The notes beneath the pieces were generated by a model. That model ran no database searches and was not told where the DNA came from. It was given only the letters and a program-made list of their open reading frames with translations. From contig NW_005434587.1 of the NCBI RefSeq assembly GCF_000315625.1, positions 62,001 through 126,000 of the forward strand: DNA of 64,000 nucleotides. The letters are read 5' to 3'. This document shows positions 12,596 through 25,774 of this stretch, in pieces (position 1 is the stretch's first letter; each line of letters starts with the position of its first letter). The DNA comes from Guillardia theta CCMP2712 (taxonomy: Eukaryota > Protista > Cryptophyta). The position numbers and the translations under genes are program-made.

Positions 12596-13026
12596 CCTTA
12601 AACATCAAAGACACATCGAGGTGGAATCAATCCCACAGAAGAAGACGTCGGACAACTCCTTGAGCTTACTTCTCTGTATGGAGAGTTTCACACAACGATA
12701 GAAGCTTCCTCCTCCTCCTCCTCCTCGCGTTCCTCTTCTAGGGGATCATAGTACTCCATGCCATCGTCCTGGAAGTAACATCTACATGTTTTACAATGGA
12801 TATAAATAATAAGATATTTTATAATGTACTGATTGAAGTGAAACCATACAGTTTTATATAGTTTTATGAAGGGTTTGGTAGTATGTATATCTTTCGAATA
12901 GTACATTCTAAAACATTTATTAAGTATCCGTGTAGTAGGACACTAGCGGGGGTGGGGGTTCATGGTATGTATACGAGGGTAGGGTGTTTTGCAATATCAA
13001 AGGTAGGGTCCTTGTAACCCCTTCAA

Positions 13027-13648
13027 TCATTGATGGGGGTGGTGCTTCCTCGGCCGCCTGCCCATAAAGCTTTGAAGTTGCGAAGGCTCAGGGCGAGGAG
13101 AGGAGGGGGACGAAGAAAGACGGCACGAAGACGGCACGAAGACGGCAAAGAGCATCCCCAGGAAGAAAACAGGAGAGTTCCTCCGCTCTTCTATTGTGAG
13201 ATTCTCCCTGGGTAGGAGCTTCATCGGAACAACAGCAGTGACGTCTTACATCAGTCAGCGTCCACAAAGTATTTACGATTGCTCTGGCAAAAACACCGGA
13301 TTGAGCAGGAGATGATCTGAAGTATTGTTTATTATACGAATCCTTTGGGGACACGAAACGACAGCAAACGTTTCCCAAAGCCATCCAAGCAAGTACTGGT
13401 ACGACATAGTCTCCTTGTAGGAAATCTGATTGAGAAAATAGAAGGAGATTTACTATTCTGGCGTCAATCAGTGATGACAACTCACGCGATGCTGGACCCT
13501 TCCTTTAAGCAGGTTGGTTGGTTTTTCCTGGAATGTTGAATTCAAACTCGATCAACGTCTCTTCTTCATCACCTTATGTTTCAAAGTTCTGAAGTCTGCT
13601 ATGTTGCAGAAGCGTTAAGTTCGTCAAGACTCACAAGTTTGTTTCCAT
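13027..13648 (-). CDS. Possible small hypothetical gene, divergent from the carrier gene
   Basis: Open blocks GDYVVPVLAWMALGNVCCRF...LWTLTD and MKLLPRENLTIEERRNSPVFFLGMLFAVFV with intron-like spacers. No known domain. Confidence 0.3.
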
Positions 13649-13755
13649 CGTGCCGTTGGAGAAGTAACTCGTGCCAACAACCTTTACACGCTAAATCCGC
13701 TCTGCTTGCTTTCCCTCCCCTGTCAGTGCCAAAGAAAACATTTGCACAGTGAGAG

Positions 13756-15191
13756 ATGAGTGAGAAGGATCCATCCTTCAGGGTTGCCCTGGTTGCCGGT
13801 GGATGTGCTGGTAAGGATGACGCTGAGTTTGCATGCTCTCTGATCCGATGCCCTAGGTACATCGGTGGATGTTGCACTATTTCCCATTGACACGCTGAAG
13901 ACAAGGTAAGGAAGAAGTTAAATTTTGCTACCACTTGTGGTGACGTCGACTAGAATGCAATCACCTCAGGGCTTCTACAAAGCTGGTGGATTCAAGGTAA
14001 TTTTATACTAGCCGAGTAACACACAATGCGTTATTTGCTTCATCCATCAATGCATGCACGAGCTCCAGCAAGCTTGTTTTGACACGCACTTGACTCCTAC
14101 TGTGTTCTGTCTAGGGTGTCTACAATGGAATGTTCGCGGCAGCTGCTGGATCTGCACCTGGTGCAGCTTTATTCTTTTCTACCTATGAAACTGTTAAGGT
14201 GCCAGACTCCATTCAGAACGAATGTATCTTGATCCGATCGGCAGGCGAATCTGCTTTCAAGATTCGATGAAAAGTATCATACAGCATGTTACATGGCGTC
14301 TTCCTCTTGCGGGGAGGTCGCGGCGTGCTGGATACGCGTGCCGACTGAAAATGTAAAGCAAAAAATGCAGGTGTTGCAACCTTACTCTGATTTGCACTGC
14401 GGCTAAACTTGGGTCAGGCTGGTATGTATCCATCAACGAGGATTGCGATCAAAGGCATATTCGAACAAAGAGGTTATCGAGGGTAAGAATGCCATGAAAT
14501 TAGTTTCCTGTGCAATCAAAAACGCTTTTTCGATACCTCACTTTTGTTGGTCCATGGTATAGTTTTTATGTTGGATATTTTGCCTGCGTCCTCCGAGAAA
14601 TACCATTTTCATTCATTCAATTTCCAGTCTACGAGACTTTGAAGAAGAGGTGGTCGGAATGGCAGGGTCGAGATGTGACACCGATACAGTCAGCTTTGTG
14701 CGGATCCATTGGTGGAGGGTAATTTAAGACAGCTTGATCTTGTTCGCCAAGTTGAAGAATTGATGTCCGCAGGTTTTCGGCAGCAACTACAACCCCCTTT
14801 GACGTGGTAAAATCATGAATTGTCTCGTTCCTCCGATGGCCTTGAGGTGGGATGCTTGTTGATAGCTTCTGTTTTTGGCACAGGTCAAGACGCGTCTGAT
14901 GCTCGGAAGAGACAGAGAAGGAACACAGTACAATGGAATGCTCAATGCTATATTCAGAATATACGGTCAGTCAGTCTAGACCTTGGGAAGGTCTCTCGCT
15001 GATTCTTTTGCGCACAGCTGAGGGAGGGGTGAAGAAGTTTTTCACTGGCATTGTTCCAAGAACTGTGTGGATTGGGTGAATGAGCAGCCGTGATATTGAG
15101 ACAGATGGCTAACATCGATGACAGATTGGGAGGATGTGTCTTCTTTGGATCATATGAAAGTGTCAAAGAGCTACTTCTGGACATGATGTGA
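13756..15191 (+). CDS. Mitochondrial carrier, S-adenosylmethionine carrier (SLC25A26/SAMC-like), multi-exon
   Basis: MSEKDPSFRVALVAGGCAG/TSVDVALFPIDTLKTR/MQSPQGFYKAGGFK, RVPTENVKQKMQ, LREIPFSFIQFPVYETLK, TTTPFDV/VKTRLML and GGCVFFGSYESVKELL. Three PxD/ExxK signatures. Confidence 0.92.
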
Positions 15192-15399
15192 CATTTGGTT
15201 TCGTCTTCTGCTTGGCTTGTACATTTATGTATCTCAAGATCTTCTGATTTAAGGCTCACTTGTACTTTGACATCAGCACACTATTATTTGTTTGTAATTG
15301 GATCATACTACATCAACACTGTGAACTTGGTCGCAATTCGAGGATTTCACGCATGTCTATTGGGACAGTCCAATTCTCATCCATGTGGTTGGTCATGAA

Positions 15400-16766
15400 T
15401 CACATTAAACCATTGTTCTTGAAATGATTTCTGCAACCACACTCTGTCATGACAAACTTGTGCATCTGAATGAAAGACGCTTACTCGGGCCCTGTTGTTG
15501 AGGTGGGTTCGTGGACTCAGCCCACCAGGATGACGCACTTTCCATGGCGAGAGGAGATTGCCCTGAAAGGTCTTCAAAGTACCTACAAACAGAGATCAGC
15601 GTTGAGAACAAAGATTGACAAGCCATGGCATCAGAACCTCTGCAGTCTCTTCGAGTGCTGTTGTTCTTCAAACGGGAAGAGAATGGAAGATGTCATGACG
15701 TGGGTCATTTCTCCAAGGTTGCTCTTCTGCGAGCCGGGACGAGTGCCGCCTGTGTATCAACGTCAGATGCTCGCCGCGAAACTTTCGTCGGCATGACCCA
15801 TGGAGGAAGGACGGTTCTGATGACCGCTGTACCATGCTATCGGGGTGTTCCCTGTGTTAGCGCACAGATAGTAGTCGACGTGAGGATCGGGAAAGTCAGC
15901 CTCGTCCTTGTCGTCGGGGGATGAATGACCTGTCAGTGCGTCTCCTGCAAACATGCCCTTTGCGATCGGGTTGTTGAAAGGAGAGATGAGTAGTTCACCC
16001 AACACCTTCATCTCATGACCGTCGTAGGGGGTTCTCCTGATCTTCCTGCGGACATACTGCCCGTGGGACCTTGGTGTGTTTCCCCAGGACCTCACTGCTT
16101 CCGAATGACCTTGGCTCGTCGTCGAGTCCGTCTTGTACCCCGAGGCCATCTGATCATCGGACAGGTGTCAGTTCTTTCAACCTTATGTTTGCATCCGCCA
16201 TTTCCATTCGACGACAAGATCGCTTTCATCGAGTCGATCCCTATCATCGCTCTTGCATGCATCAACCTTCAAGCCCTCACTTGATATAAATGAATGATGC
16301 GTCATCTCTGACTTTGTCCTGTCCTGCTCTTTGTTCTCACTTATCCTATTTCCTGACCGCCGGGAAATAATCTCACCCGACGTCAGGGTCAAAATTCATT
16401 TCTTGCTATCTTTCATGGTTCGCATGTCGCTCATCTACTCCTTGAATCGTTTTCATCGTTTCTACTACCGGCAATCTAAGAATCCCTGATCCTTGCAGCT
16501 TTGCTTCGTATCCGACACGAGTCACAAGTTTGACGTGCCCGACATACCGCCAACACTGCACATACTGGCTATGCAACATCGTGACTGTTGTACCTCCCTC
16601 ATGTTCACAGGCTATCTCATGCCGACCAGGCATTGCTAGCCCATCCCTTCAGCATCGCAACTGCGCCCGCGTCGCCTCGGATGCCATGAGGCCCTACCCC
16701 TGGTCTTGGCACTCCTTTGTTGACTTCCGATAGGGAGGCTAGCTGTTCCACGGTGCTGCCCGACAT
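15400..16766 (-). CDS. Hypothetical multi-exon gene
   Basis: Chains of GT-AG-bounded open blocks on the minus strand (e.g. HSKRLQR/YFEDLSGQSPLAMESASSWW). No domain recognised. Confidence 0.35.
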
Positions 16767-17123
16767 TGTTCTGAGTTCAACTTCACGGTTTGTTCTGAGA
16801 TTGATGACAGTGAATATTTCTGCCCTTATCAGATTTCTAATAAAGCATTGAGGCGAGCTTGATTTAATTATGGTTGTGTTAGTGTAACCTGGCATTTGCA
16901 CAATCAAGGGGGTGAATTGAGGCTTCGGTAGGGGTAGTCTTACAGCAGGGGTGGTTCTGCAATGCGGCCGAGCGAAACTTGAAAGCCAGCGACGATGGAG
17001 CGACGTCATGAAATGATCTTCTGCTTTATGATCATGGAAGATGAGGAAGACTGTGTGAAGAGAAGAGGGTAGGACAGCAAGCACACCGGACAAGCATTCT
17101 TCTGTAGAGTAAGAAGGAACATT

Positions 17124-18846
17124 ATGAGGGCATTCTCGCTATGCTCGCTGCTTGTGAGATTTATCCTCAGCTCAACATGGGCCGACCCACTCCGAGCATC
17201 GCACGGGGTCGACATAGCGCATGGTTACCATCCCAGCAGCCTGAAGCTACGAGGAGGCTCCGGTGTCTACGATGGGCTGCTGCAATCAGCCCCCGGACTT
17301 GGTGAAGTGAGCGAGTACTTGGAGGGTTTAGCTCCACTGGGGGACACCTGCGGAGACCCGGCCAATGTGCCGGCAGACATAACCAGCAACCAGTTCTTGG
17401 ACTCCTTGAACCCACAGTCACTGTACGAGCTGATAGGAAGTGAGAGGCCTGAGTCTGAAGTCGGGATTGATACCCCTGAATTTCAGGCGCAGGGGCGAAA
17501 CTTTATCAAAGCGCATACTATAAGGGGAGCATTGATGTTCCTGGAAGACAGCAAATTCTTCGTTCCCTTTGTCAAGGCCATCTTCAACAAGTTCGATTCT
17601 AACCAAGATGGCTTCTTGTCGTTCGAAGACTTCCAGGAGCTGCAGTTGTGTACCGAGCCCGGTATTGAGCTTGGAGAGAAGAATCTGACGGAATGGGAGG
17701 AATTTTTGAATGAAACAGAGGACAGCCTGGAGACAGGAATGAGCTTCTTCGGGTTGTACAGGCTGTATCAGTCAACAGGGCAAGATGTCATTCAAGACTG
17801 TCAAGTGGTCTTTGGCGACAAGTTTTATGATATGTTTCCCTACGCGAGATGGCTGTTCGATAACCATACCATGAGCAACGACGAGGATCAACCAGCTTGC
17901 AATGGGTACAAACGCTGGCAGCTTGAAGACATTGATGCACCTTTGACAGAAGACGTGTGGGATATAGGGTTAGCAATATGTTCTTCCCCTGGATCGAATG
18001 AGGCTGACGCCTTGCGCAGGGATCTAGAATCTTGTGTTCGGCCCGAAAATTCCTTCTGGCACGAGTGGAATTGGAGTAAGTGATTGTTCCTCTCTTCATA
18101 TATACGTTTTCTCCTATGCTTGCCTGACTCAGATTGTCCTGCTTTCTTATGAACTGATTCTTCGCCAGCAAGCTTCGACAATCGAGCATTGCGAGATTTC
18201 TTCTTTCAGGTGCATTCGACTGTTTTTATCACAAGATGAATTCTTCAGACAGTATTCCCTGGAAGCACAAGTGAAGCAGCGACCTTCACAGGGGATTCCG
18301 TACGATCCTCCTCTGCCTTATGACGGCAAAGTGAGATTATTGTCCTCTCTGCTCACCACGTTGAAAAGTTTTACAATAGACGCTGTTGCGTGTGCCAATG
18401 GACCCCATCCTTCAATTCAACGAGGTATGCAATGGTGCTCATATGGAGGAGGAGAAGAAAGGCAGGGGGTGGGGGGGATGGAGGGCGAGGGCGAGAGCGA
18501 GGAGGGAAGTAAAGAGACGAAAGCGGAGACGAGGATGAGGATGAGGGTATGTAGTTTAGGGTATCTTAACAGTAGGAGATTGTTAGTTGCAGCAGACATA
18601 TTTATGCTGCTATGAGTGGGAGGGAGAAATGTTGTGTGTAAAGTGAAGGAGATGCGATGACTTCGTTTGCACGCAGACTCAAAATGACTTCTTGGAGAGA
18701 TCTCCGATGCCAACGGAGCTATGGGATTATTGTGTGTTTGATCTCTTTGATATACCTGACAAGGTGTTGACGGTTCTGCATTTGAACAGTCCAAAACAAA
18801 TCGAATTATCTTCAATATAATGAACCCAAGTTTGCAAGCCTCATGA
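17124..18846 (+). CDS. Signal peptide + KLRGG motif + EF-hand-containing acidic protein; 3' exons approximate
   Basis: Starts MRAFSLCSLLVRFILSSTWA, with SSLKLRGG at aa 38-45 and the EF-hand IFNKFDSNQDGFLSFEDFQEL. The long first exon ends at a GTAAG donor near 18077; further short exons follow. Confidence 0.7.
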
Positions 18847-21800
18847 CCAATCTGGATAATTCGTCTTCTAGCGAAGTGGACCACCTGCTGTCTAGCCTCT
18901 TCCCAGACGAAGAGAGCAGAAGACGATACAACGAGCAAGGAGACATGTACTATCAGATTGACAGAAATTCGCACAGCACTGGAGCTGATCAGGACAACAC
19001 CCTCGTCATAGAGGTGACTCGTCTCCGCTGCTTGTGATGACGATGTCGTTTGATTGTTGTTGTGAAGGGTGGGGGACATCTGAGCCGCATGGAGATGGCA
19101 CGGAAATACAGCTTGTGCGTTCTGCTCCTGCTCCTGCTCCTGCTCCTGCCCCTGCTCCTGCTCCTGCTACTCACCAGCTTCTGCCGCTTTCACTCACACT
19201 GCTCTTGCTCTTGCTCTTCTACAACGCTCCGTTTGCGTCTCGGTGATGGGAAATTTGTAGTGGAGATTTCGACCCCGAAGTGCTGGAAAAGGAGGGGGTC
19301 AGTGTAACGTGAGTTTGATACCTCAACTATCAACTGACCATCTCGTTCTCCATCTCCGGCTCGCTTCCTCCTTTCCGCCTCCTCTCGCCCTCCTTCCATG
19401 CTCTTCCTCGTTTCCTGCGCTCCTCATCTTCAACTTCTTGATCCTCGTCGTAACTTCCCCCATTCTCCGTCCACATTCCCTTGCCTTCTTCTTGTCTCTC
19501 TTCTCTACATCCTCCTGCTGAACGGGCGTCTTTCTTCAGGGAGCCTCTTCCCATGTGCTGCGATGGAGGCCCTTGGGTCTACGAGCGGTACTCTCTCTTC
19601 CACTTCTGCTCTTCCTCCTCCTCCTCTGCTCTCCTTGTAGTCTCTTCCTCTACTCCAATCTGGTTGCCCTCGTCTTCGTCCTTTGCTCATTGAGCCCCCA
19701 GGAAGCCGAACTCGAGACGCCTTGGTCTTAGTGGAAAGATGGACCCTTGGGACCCTAACTCCCCTGCCGTCTTTCCGCAAGGTGCTCCTATCATACAGTG
19801 TTCTTCTCCTACGTTCCGTTGCTTTTCTCCTCTTTCTTCGAGCCCCCGTCTTCCTCCTCCCTTCGCGCCCCCCCCCCTTCGTGCTCTCCCCTACCTCCTG
19901 CTTCTTCCTGTCCGTTGCTCTTTCCGCTGTCCTCTTGGAATGCATTGCCCTGCTTCCATCTCCTCATGCAGAACAGACACCGGCTCGAGTTGGATGTCGC
20001 GCAAGGGAGGAGGAGGTATCCAGTCATCCTTCGCCAACACCGACAGGAGGATGGCGTTCAAGGTCAGGGCAACGCAGAGGCCATGCAGACACTCAAGGGA
20101 CGCAGATCCTGATGGCGGGGCCTGACGGAGGTGGGAAGAGCTCGTTGCTGTTCGCCTGGAAGGCAAATGAGGTGATAGACGTGCAATGGAAGAGAGTTCG
20201 GAAGACTGCAGGATGAGAGGAAGTGAGGAGAGTAGAGCAGAGGAGGAGGAGGAGAAGGCATTGATGTGATGTGCTGATCAGGCTCTGTCGGAGGCCGGGC
20301 TAATGCCTGCTCCTACTCTCCTGACTTTCAACGTAGAGGAGGTCTGCAATTTCTCCTGTACCTCCTCCATCTTTGCCTCCTACTGGACGAATTTCAGTTT
20401 GACTTGCTCTCAACCATCTTGCCAAAAATGAAAGAAACACGTGCAACAGTTTTCTCCCATCCTAGANNNNNNNNNNNNNNNNNNNNNNNNNNNNNNNNNN
20501 NNNNNNNNNNNNNNNNNNNNNNNNNNNNNNNNNNNNNNNNNNNNNNNNNNNNNNNNNNNNNNNNNNNNNNNNNNNNNNNNNNNNNNNNNNNNNNNNNNNN
20601 NNNNNNNNNNNNNNNNNNNNNNNNNNNNNNNNNNNNNNNNNNNNNNNNNNNNNNNNNNNNNNNNNNNNNNNNNNNNNNNNNNNNNNNNNNNNNNNNNNNN
20701 NNNNNNNNNNNNNNNNNNNNNNNNNNNNNNNNNNNNNNNNNNNNNNNNNNNNNNNNNNNNNNNNNNNNNNNNNNNNNNNNNNNNNNNNNNNNNNNNNNNN
20801 NNNNNNNNNNNNNNNNNNNNNNNNNNNNNNNNNNNNNNNNNNNNNNNNNNNNNNNNNNNNNNNNNNNNNNNNNNNNNNNNNNNNNNNNNNNNNNNNNNNN
20901 NNNNNNNNNNNNNNNNNNNNNNNNNNNNNNNNNNNNNNNNNNNNNNNNNNNNNNNNNNNNNNNNNNNNNNNNNNNNNNNNNNNNNNNNCCATGGCAAACT
21001 TCTTCGAGTTCAAGCTCCCTCCCACGTCAGTCGCTCCTCCCCCTCTCTCCCCTCTTTCTCCTCCTCCCCTCCTCCTTACACAAGCTTCCTCTTCCTTCCT
21101 CCTCTACTCCTCCTCGCCCTCTGCTCGTCCTCCTACCGCTCGCTTCCTCTCCCTCTCCTTCACCTCCTCCACGCCCTCGCCTCCTCCTTCTGCTCGTTCT
21201 GCCAACACAACTTGTTTTGCCCTACCCTCTCTTTCGGGTCCTCTTCCTAGAATCTCCTTTCACCATTATCACCACCGCCCACTCGCAACCTCCTCCTCAT
21301 CTTCTCCTCCTCCTCCCTCCTCCTCCTCCTCCTCCTCCTCCTCCCTCTCCTCCTCCTCCTCCTCCTCCTCCTCCTCCTCCTCCACTACCACCACCACGCT
21401 GCCATCCATTTCATCGTTCCCTCTCACCTCATCTACGGTAACTCGTGTGTAGATTTTTTCTGGCCTAGAGCTCGAAAGGGTTCCGGACGCAAGGATGTTG
21501 AGCCTCGAGTCAGGGCAAAGGTGATGCGGAGCCTGAAACTTGCTCCTCTTGCTTCTTCTGCTTCTTCTGCTCCTGCTGCTTCTTCTGTTCCTCCTGCTTC
21601 TCCTGCTTCTTCTGCTTCTTCTGTTCCTCCTGCTTCTCCTGCTTCTTCTGCTTCTTCTGTTCCTCCTGCTTCTCCTGCTTCTTCTGCTTCTTCTGTTCCT
21701 GCTGCTCCTCCTGCTTCTCCTGCTTCTTCTGCTCCTTCTGTTCCTCCTGCTCCTCTTGCTCATCCCCTGACTCACACCACTCTCTCCATTTCCATGTTCT

Positions 21801-22559
21801 CATGCTGCTCCCCTTTTTGCTCCCTTTCTCCCTGGTACTCCGTTCCTCCTCTCCGTTCCTCCTCTCCGTCCCTCCTCTGCCTTCTTCCTCTGCCTTCCTC
21901 CTCTGCCTTCCTCCTCTGCGTTCCTCCCTCTTGGCACTCCTTCCTGTTCCACGCTGTCACTTGTTAATTGACGCTTCTTTCTTCTTATTATCTTCGTCTT
22001 TTTGTCTTTCCATTCTCGTCCTTTCAGTCCTGTCAGTCTATTCGACCCTCATGTGCGGGTACCTCGACTTGTTCAGCTCCAAGCAGGTTCGCTGATCCCT
22101 TCTTGGCCTCCTCTCCCCCTCCTCTCCTCCTCTCCTCCTCTTTCCTTTCCTCCCTCTCCCTCTCCTCTCCCTCCCTTTCCTCCCCGCTCTCGCTCTCGCT
22201 CTCGCTCTCGCTCTCGCTCTCGCTCTCGCTCCTTCTCGCTCTCCCCCCCTCCTCTCCTCCCCCCCCCTTTCCTTTCCTCTCCTTCCTCCCTCTCCCTCTC
22301 TTTCCTCCCCGCTCTCGCACGCTGGCTCTCGCTCCTTCTCCCTCTCCTCCTCTCCTCTCTTTCCATCTTCCCTTCGCCATCTCTGTATCCCTCCTTCCTC
22401 GCTCTTCCTCTCTCTCCACTCCTCCGCCCCCTCCCTTGCCTGTTCATCTGGTTCTGGACTGAGCAGGTGGCAGCATCGGCATGGACAGGGCATGGAGTGC
22501 TGGACGGGCTGGAGTGGCTCTACCACCGGCTGGAAGGAGATGCTATTAGGAGCGGATGA
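18843..22559 (+). CDS. ARF-family GTPase domain protein with possible N-terminal extension; interrupted by an assembly gap and low-complexity introns
   Basis: RMAFK/ILMAGPDGGGKSSLLFAWKANE (P-loop, about 20050-20170), PAPTLLTFNVEE, IFSGLELERV and AASAWTGHGVLDGLEWLYHRL...*. The 5' end is uncertain. Confidence 0.65.
20467..20988. other. Assembly gap (N run)
   Basis: Run of N. Confidence 1.
21540..21770 (+). repeat. Pyrimidine-rich minisatellite (36-nt unit built from 9-nt subunits), intronic
   Basis: CTTCTTCTGTTCCTCCTGCTTCTCCTGCTTCTTCTG repeated in tandem. Neighbouring (CCT)n at about 21290-21385 and (CTCTCG)n at about 22186-22230. Confidence 0.85.
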
Positions 22560-22823
22560 TCATATCGACGAGTGAGCGAGTGCGGGAGAGCGGAGGGAGT
22601 AGAAGAAGGGTCAGAAGGATGTATTCTACAAATTCTTACAGGAATGAGAAGATAGTTGCTAACCATGATGGTTGAGATCAAGAAAGGATGAATTGAGCTA
22701 TGTTGATGGAGAGGACAGAGAGGCGGGAAGAGGAGAAAGGAGGAGGAGGGGGATGGGAAGGAGAGGAGCAAGGACAAGGAGCTGCGGGAAGGGGGGGAAG
22801 TTGACAACAATGAGCAGAATAGA

Positions 22824-25774
22824 TCATGTAGGCTGGGAGCTTGACTTGAGATGAATCAGCTCTTGCTCGCACATGGCTTTCTGCTCCTCAACGATCTGGA
22901 AGGACGATTGTCATGATAGAGAAGATGATGGTAGAAAGAGGACGGGACCTCGAGTTTGTGAGCGAAGTTTGAAAGTTTCTTGTTGGTTGCCTCCAGTTCT
23001 TCTTCTTTTGTCCTCAACGTTCGTGATAGTTGGTGACTGCTGTCCTCTATCTCCCTTTAACAGCAGGAGTCATGTCACAAGTTCGAACAATAATCACCAT
23101 CACCACGATCATCATCATCACTGCAATCATAACCATCAACCATCATCATCACCACCACCACCGCCGCCACCAACAACAACAACATCTTCATCGTAATCAC
23201 CTCCATCACGAACAAATACAAGAATACTATCTCCATCGTATACATCATCGTGATCATCAACATCGTCGTCTTCATCACCTCAGTTTGTTGAACAGGATCA
23301 GGTTTTGTGCTTCGACTTCCCTCAACTTCTCCTGCGAGCTATTCCTCTTGATCATCTTCAGCTTCCTCTTCCCTTTGCTGCTCCCTTCGCTCTTCTCTCG
23401 CTCCTCCTCCTCCAGCCTCTCAGACAGCATCAGCATCTTCTCCTGCGCCGCCACCCGAGCTGCCTCTTCCTCCTCAAGTCGCCTCTGCAGCTTTGCTATG
23501 CTTGACAAAAGTCTCTCAACCTCCTTGCTCGACGTTCCTTGTGGCAGTATCTCCTCCTCCTCCTCCTCCTCCTCTTCCGCATCTCGCAGCCCCATCCCTC
23601 CATCCCACAAGTCTCTCTGGTTGGCAGACGCTGGACGAGAAGGGGCGCGCTTGCCCGGCTTGGAGGAGAACTGCGAGGCCGATGCAGGACGAGAAGCATG
23701 GGGTGCCGTCGCGCGGGAGGAGGCGATGGAGGCAGTTGTGACGGCAGAGACTGGACGAGAGGAGGGAGCATGGAAAGTGGGAGAGGCCGGAGGACGCAGG
23801 GCAGAGGGAGGGCGGAAGGAGGCGGAGGGGGGGCGGAGGGATGCAGAGGGAGGTCGTAGGGAGGAGGAGGGACGGAAGGAGGAGGCTCGTGAGAGGGAGA
23901 AAAGACTGTCGATTGCTTCCTCCGTCCTGACGTCCTCTCGGAATTGAAACTTTCCCATGTTGACCTGAAAGTGAACTTTGAGGAAGAGCAGAAGGCAGGA
24001 GGGAAGGGTTGGACATCGGAGGGGAGACAAAGCGGAAGACGCAACTGATTGGGAGGAAAGAAGGGAGAGCAAGCGACTATCATCGACCAGCGTCCAGATA
24101 CTGGGAAGGAGGTGGAAGCGAGGGAGAGAGAGGGAGAGGGGTACGGGAGGGGGAAGAGAGAAAAGGGAATGGAAGGAGAAAGCGAGGGAGATGTAGGGAG
24201 GGAGGTAGCAAGGGAAGAAACGATCCCAGGGGGAGGAGGAGGGATATTGCACCTTTTGAAGCGAGGAAAGCATGTCGACTTTCTCCTGTAGAGATCGCGC
24301 TCGACTGTTAGCATCTTGTGCTGCCTTCTCTGCAATCATCTTGGACTCTTCGAGCTTGTTCAGCTGGCCCATGAGCTCAACGTTCCTCTTCTTCAAGCTG
24401 ACGATCTCCTTCTCGAACGACTTCTTGGTCATCTTCTCCGACATCAATTGGCTGGCTTCTCCCTCCAGCCTCTGGGAGTACTCTGCATTCTTCTGCAGGA
24501 GCGCTTTCCCTCGGTTGGCCAGCAGGCGGTTTTCTACTTCGAGCTTCTTCTCCACGTTCTCCTTCTCTGCACGCAACTTGTCCATCCTGTCGTTCAACAC
24601 CTTGTTCTCCAACATGACATCATGTAGCTGCTTCACCAAGTCCTTCAGGCTCGCCGCCTCTTCGCTGTCTCCTCCCCCCTCAAGCTTCTCCACCTTCTCC
24701 TTCAGCTGCCTGTTGGCCCTCTCCAGCTCCTCTACCCTGCCGCAAACTCTCCTGAACTCTTCAGGCATCTGATGCGCAAAGTTTCGCTTCGCAACCCGCC
24801 GCTCCGTCTTCAGCCTCTCGCACTCCTCCTCCAACTCTCCTCTCGCCGAGCACTCCCGGCGCAGCTGAGCCTTCAGCTCCACCCCCTCGGAGTAGAGGGC
24901 GTCCCTCTCAGTGATCATCTTTCTCAGCTCAGAGCTGCAGGCGTCCAGCGACTTCTTGGCTTGCAGGATTTCTACCTCTTTCCTTCTCACCTTGTCCTCC
25001 AACGTCGACTTCTCATCCAACAACTCCTCCATCTCCCTGCGATACCTCTCTACCTCCTGCTTGAGCTCCTTCACCTCCGATTCCTTCGCCTGCAGCAGGT
25101 GCGACTGCTGCTGTTCTACTTCCTTCATCCGCTCCAAGTGTACTCGGAGCTGCGTGTTCTCGCCGTCGAGACTTTTCTTCTCCTCCTCCAACGACTTGAT
25201 CATGTCCTGCCCATTGAAGGTATCAACCTCCTGAAATCCGCTGCCGCAACGTCAAGCTCACCTTGTTTTCAGCATTCTTCTTGGTTTCTCGCTCGAGATC
25301 TCCCATGACGTCCTTGAAATCTTGAGCTTCATTCATCTTCTTCATTTCACTTCGCTCTGCTGCCCTAGAGATACGGCAAACTTGCGTCATCTCCGCATGC
25401 ACGGCGGCAGAAAGCATCTTCATCCCGTCCAGCCCGATCAGTTGCGCCATGGCCTCCAGCCGCTGCTTCAAATCCTCCGACATTGACACGATCATGCCGT
25501 CAACGACTGGAAGGTGATGGAAGTGAACGTCGACAGATGTCAAGAATGTGCCGTCTGACTCCATGCTGGCTGGCTCTCCCCTCAGCCCAGCTCTCAACCT
25601 GTCGCTCCTCCGCTCCCTGCCCACGAGCTTGCTCGTAGAGAAGTTCCTCTGTGCAGCATGGGAAGCAGCAATGGTCGATTGGATGCCCCTTGCTGGAGGT
25701 GTGAAATTTTTCTCTGCTATTGTCTTCAACCCGCTTTTCCTGAAACCTTGTTTGTCGAGGGATTGCGACGACAT
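22824..25774 (-). CDS. Long coiled-coil protein with RP(S/A)SA low-complexity region, multi-exon
   Basis: E/K/L/R heptad-rich ORFs 25223-25774 and 23275-25203, RPPSAS repeats, and terminal exons LSRTLRTKEEELEATNKKL and IVEEQKAMCEQELIHLKSSSQPT*. Confidence 0.7.
23085..23278 (+). repeat. (CAT/CAC)n degenerate trinucleotide tract inside an intron
   Basis: Read directly; lies between exons of the coiled-coil gene. Confidence 0.8.

Noticed and set aside
20404-21441. ORFs spanning X runs
   Set aside because: Artefacts of the N gap and adjacent (CCT)n sequence.
21269-22526. RS-rich, poly-L, poly-E/Q and ER-repeat ORFs
   Set aside because: Translations of intronic simple repeats that are open in several frames on both strands.
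23030-23947. His-rich 305-aa ORF
   Set aside because: An intronic (CAT)n tract plus the antisense strand of the coiled-coil gene.
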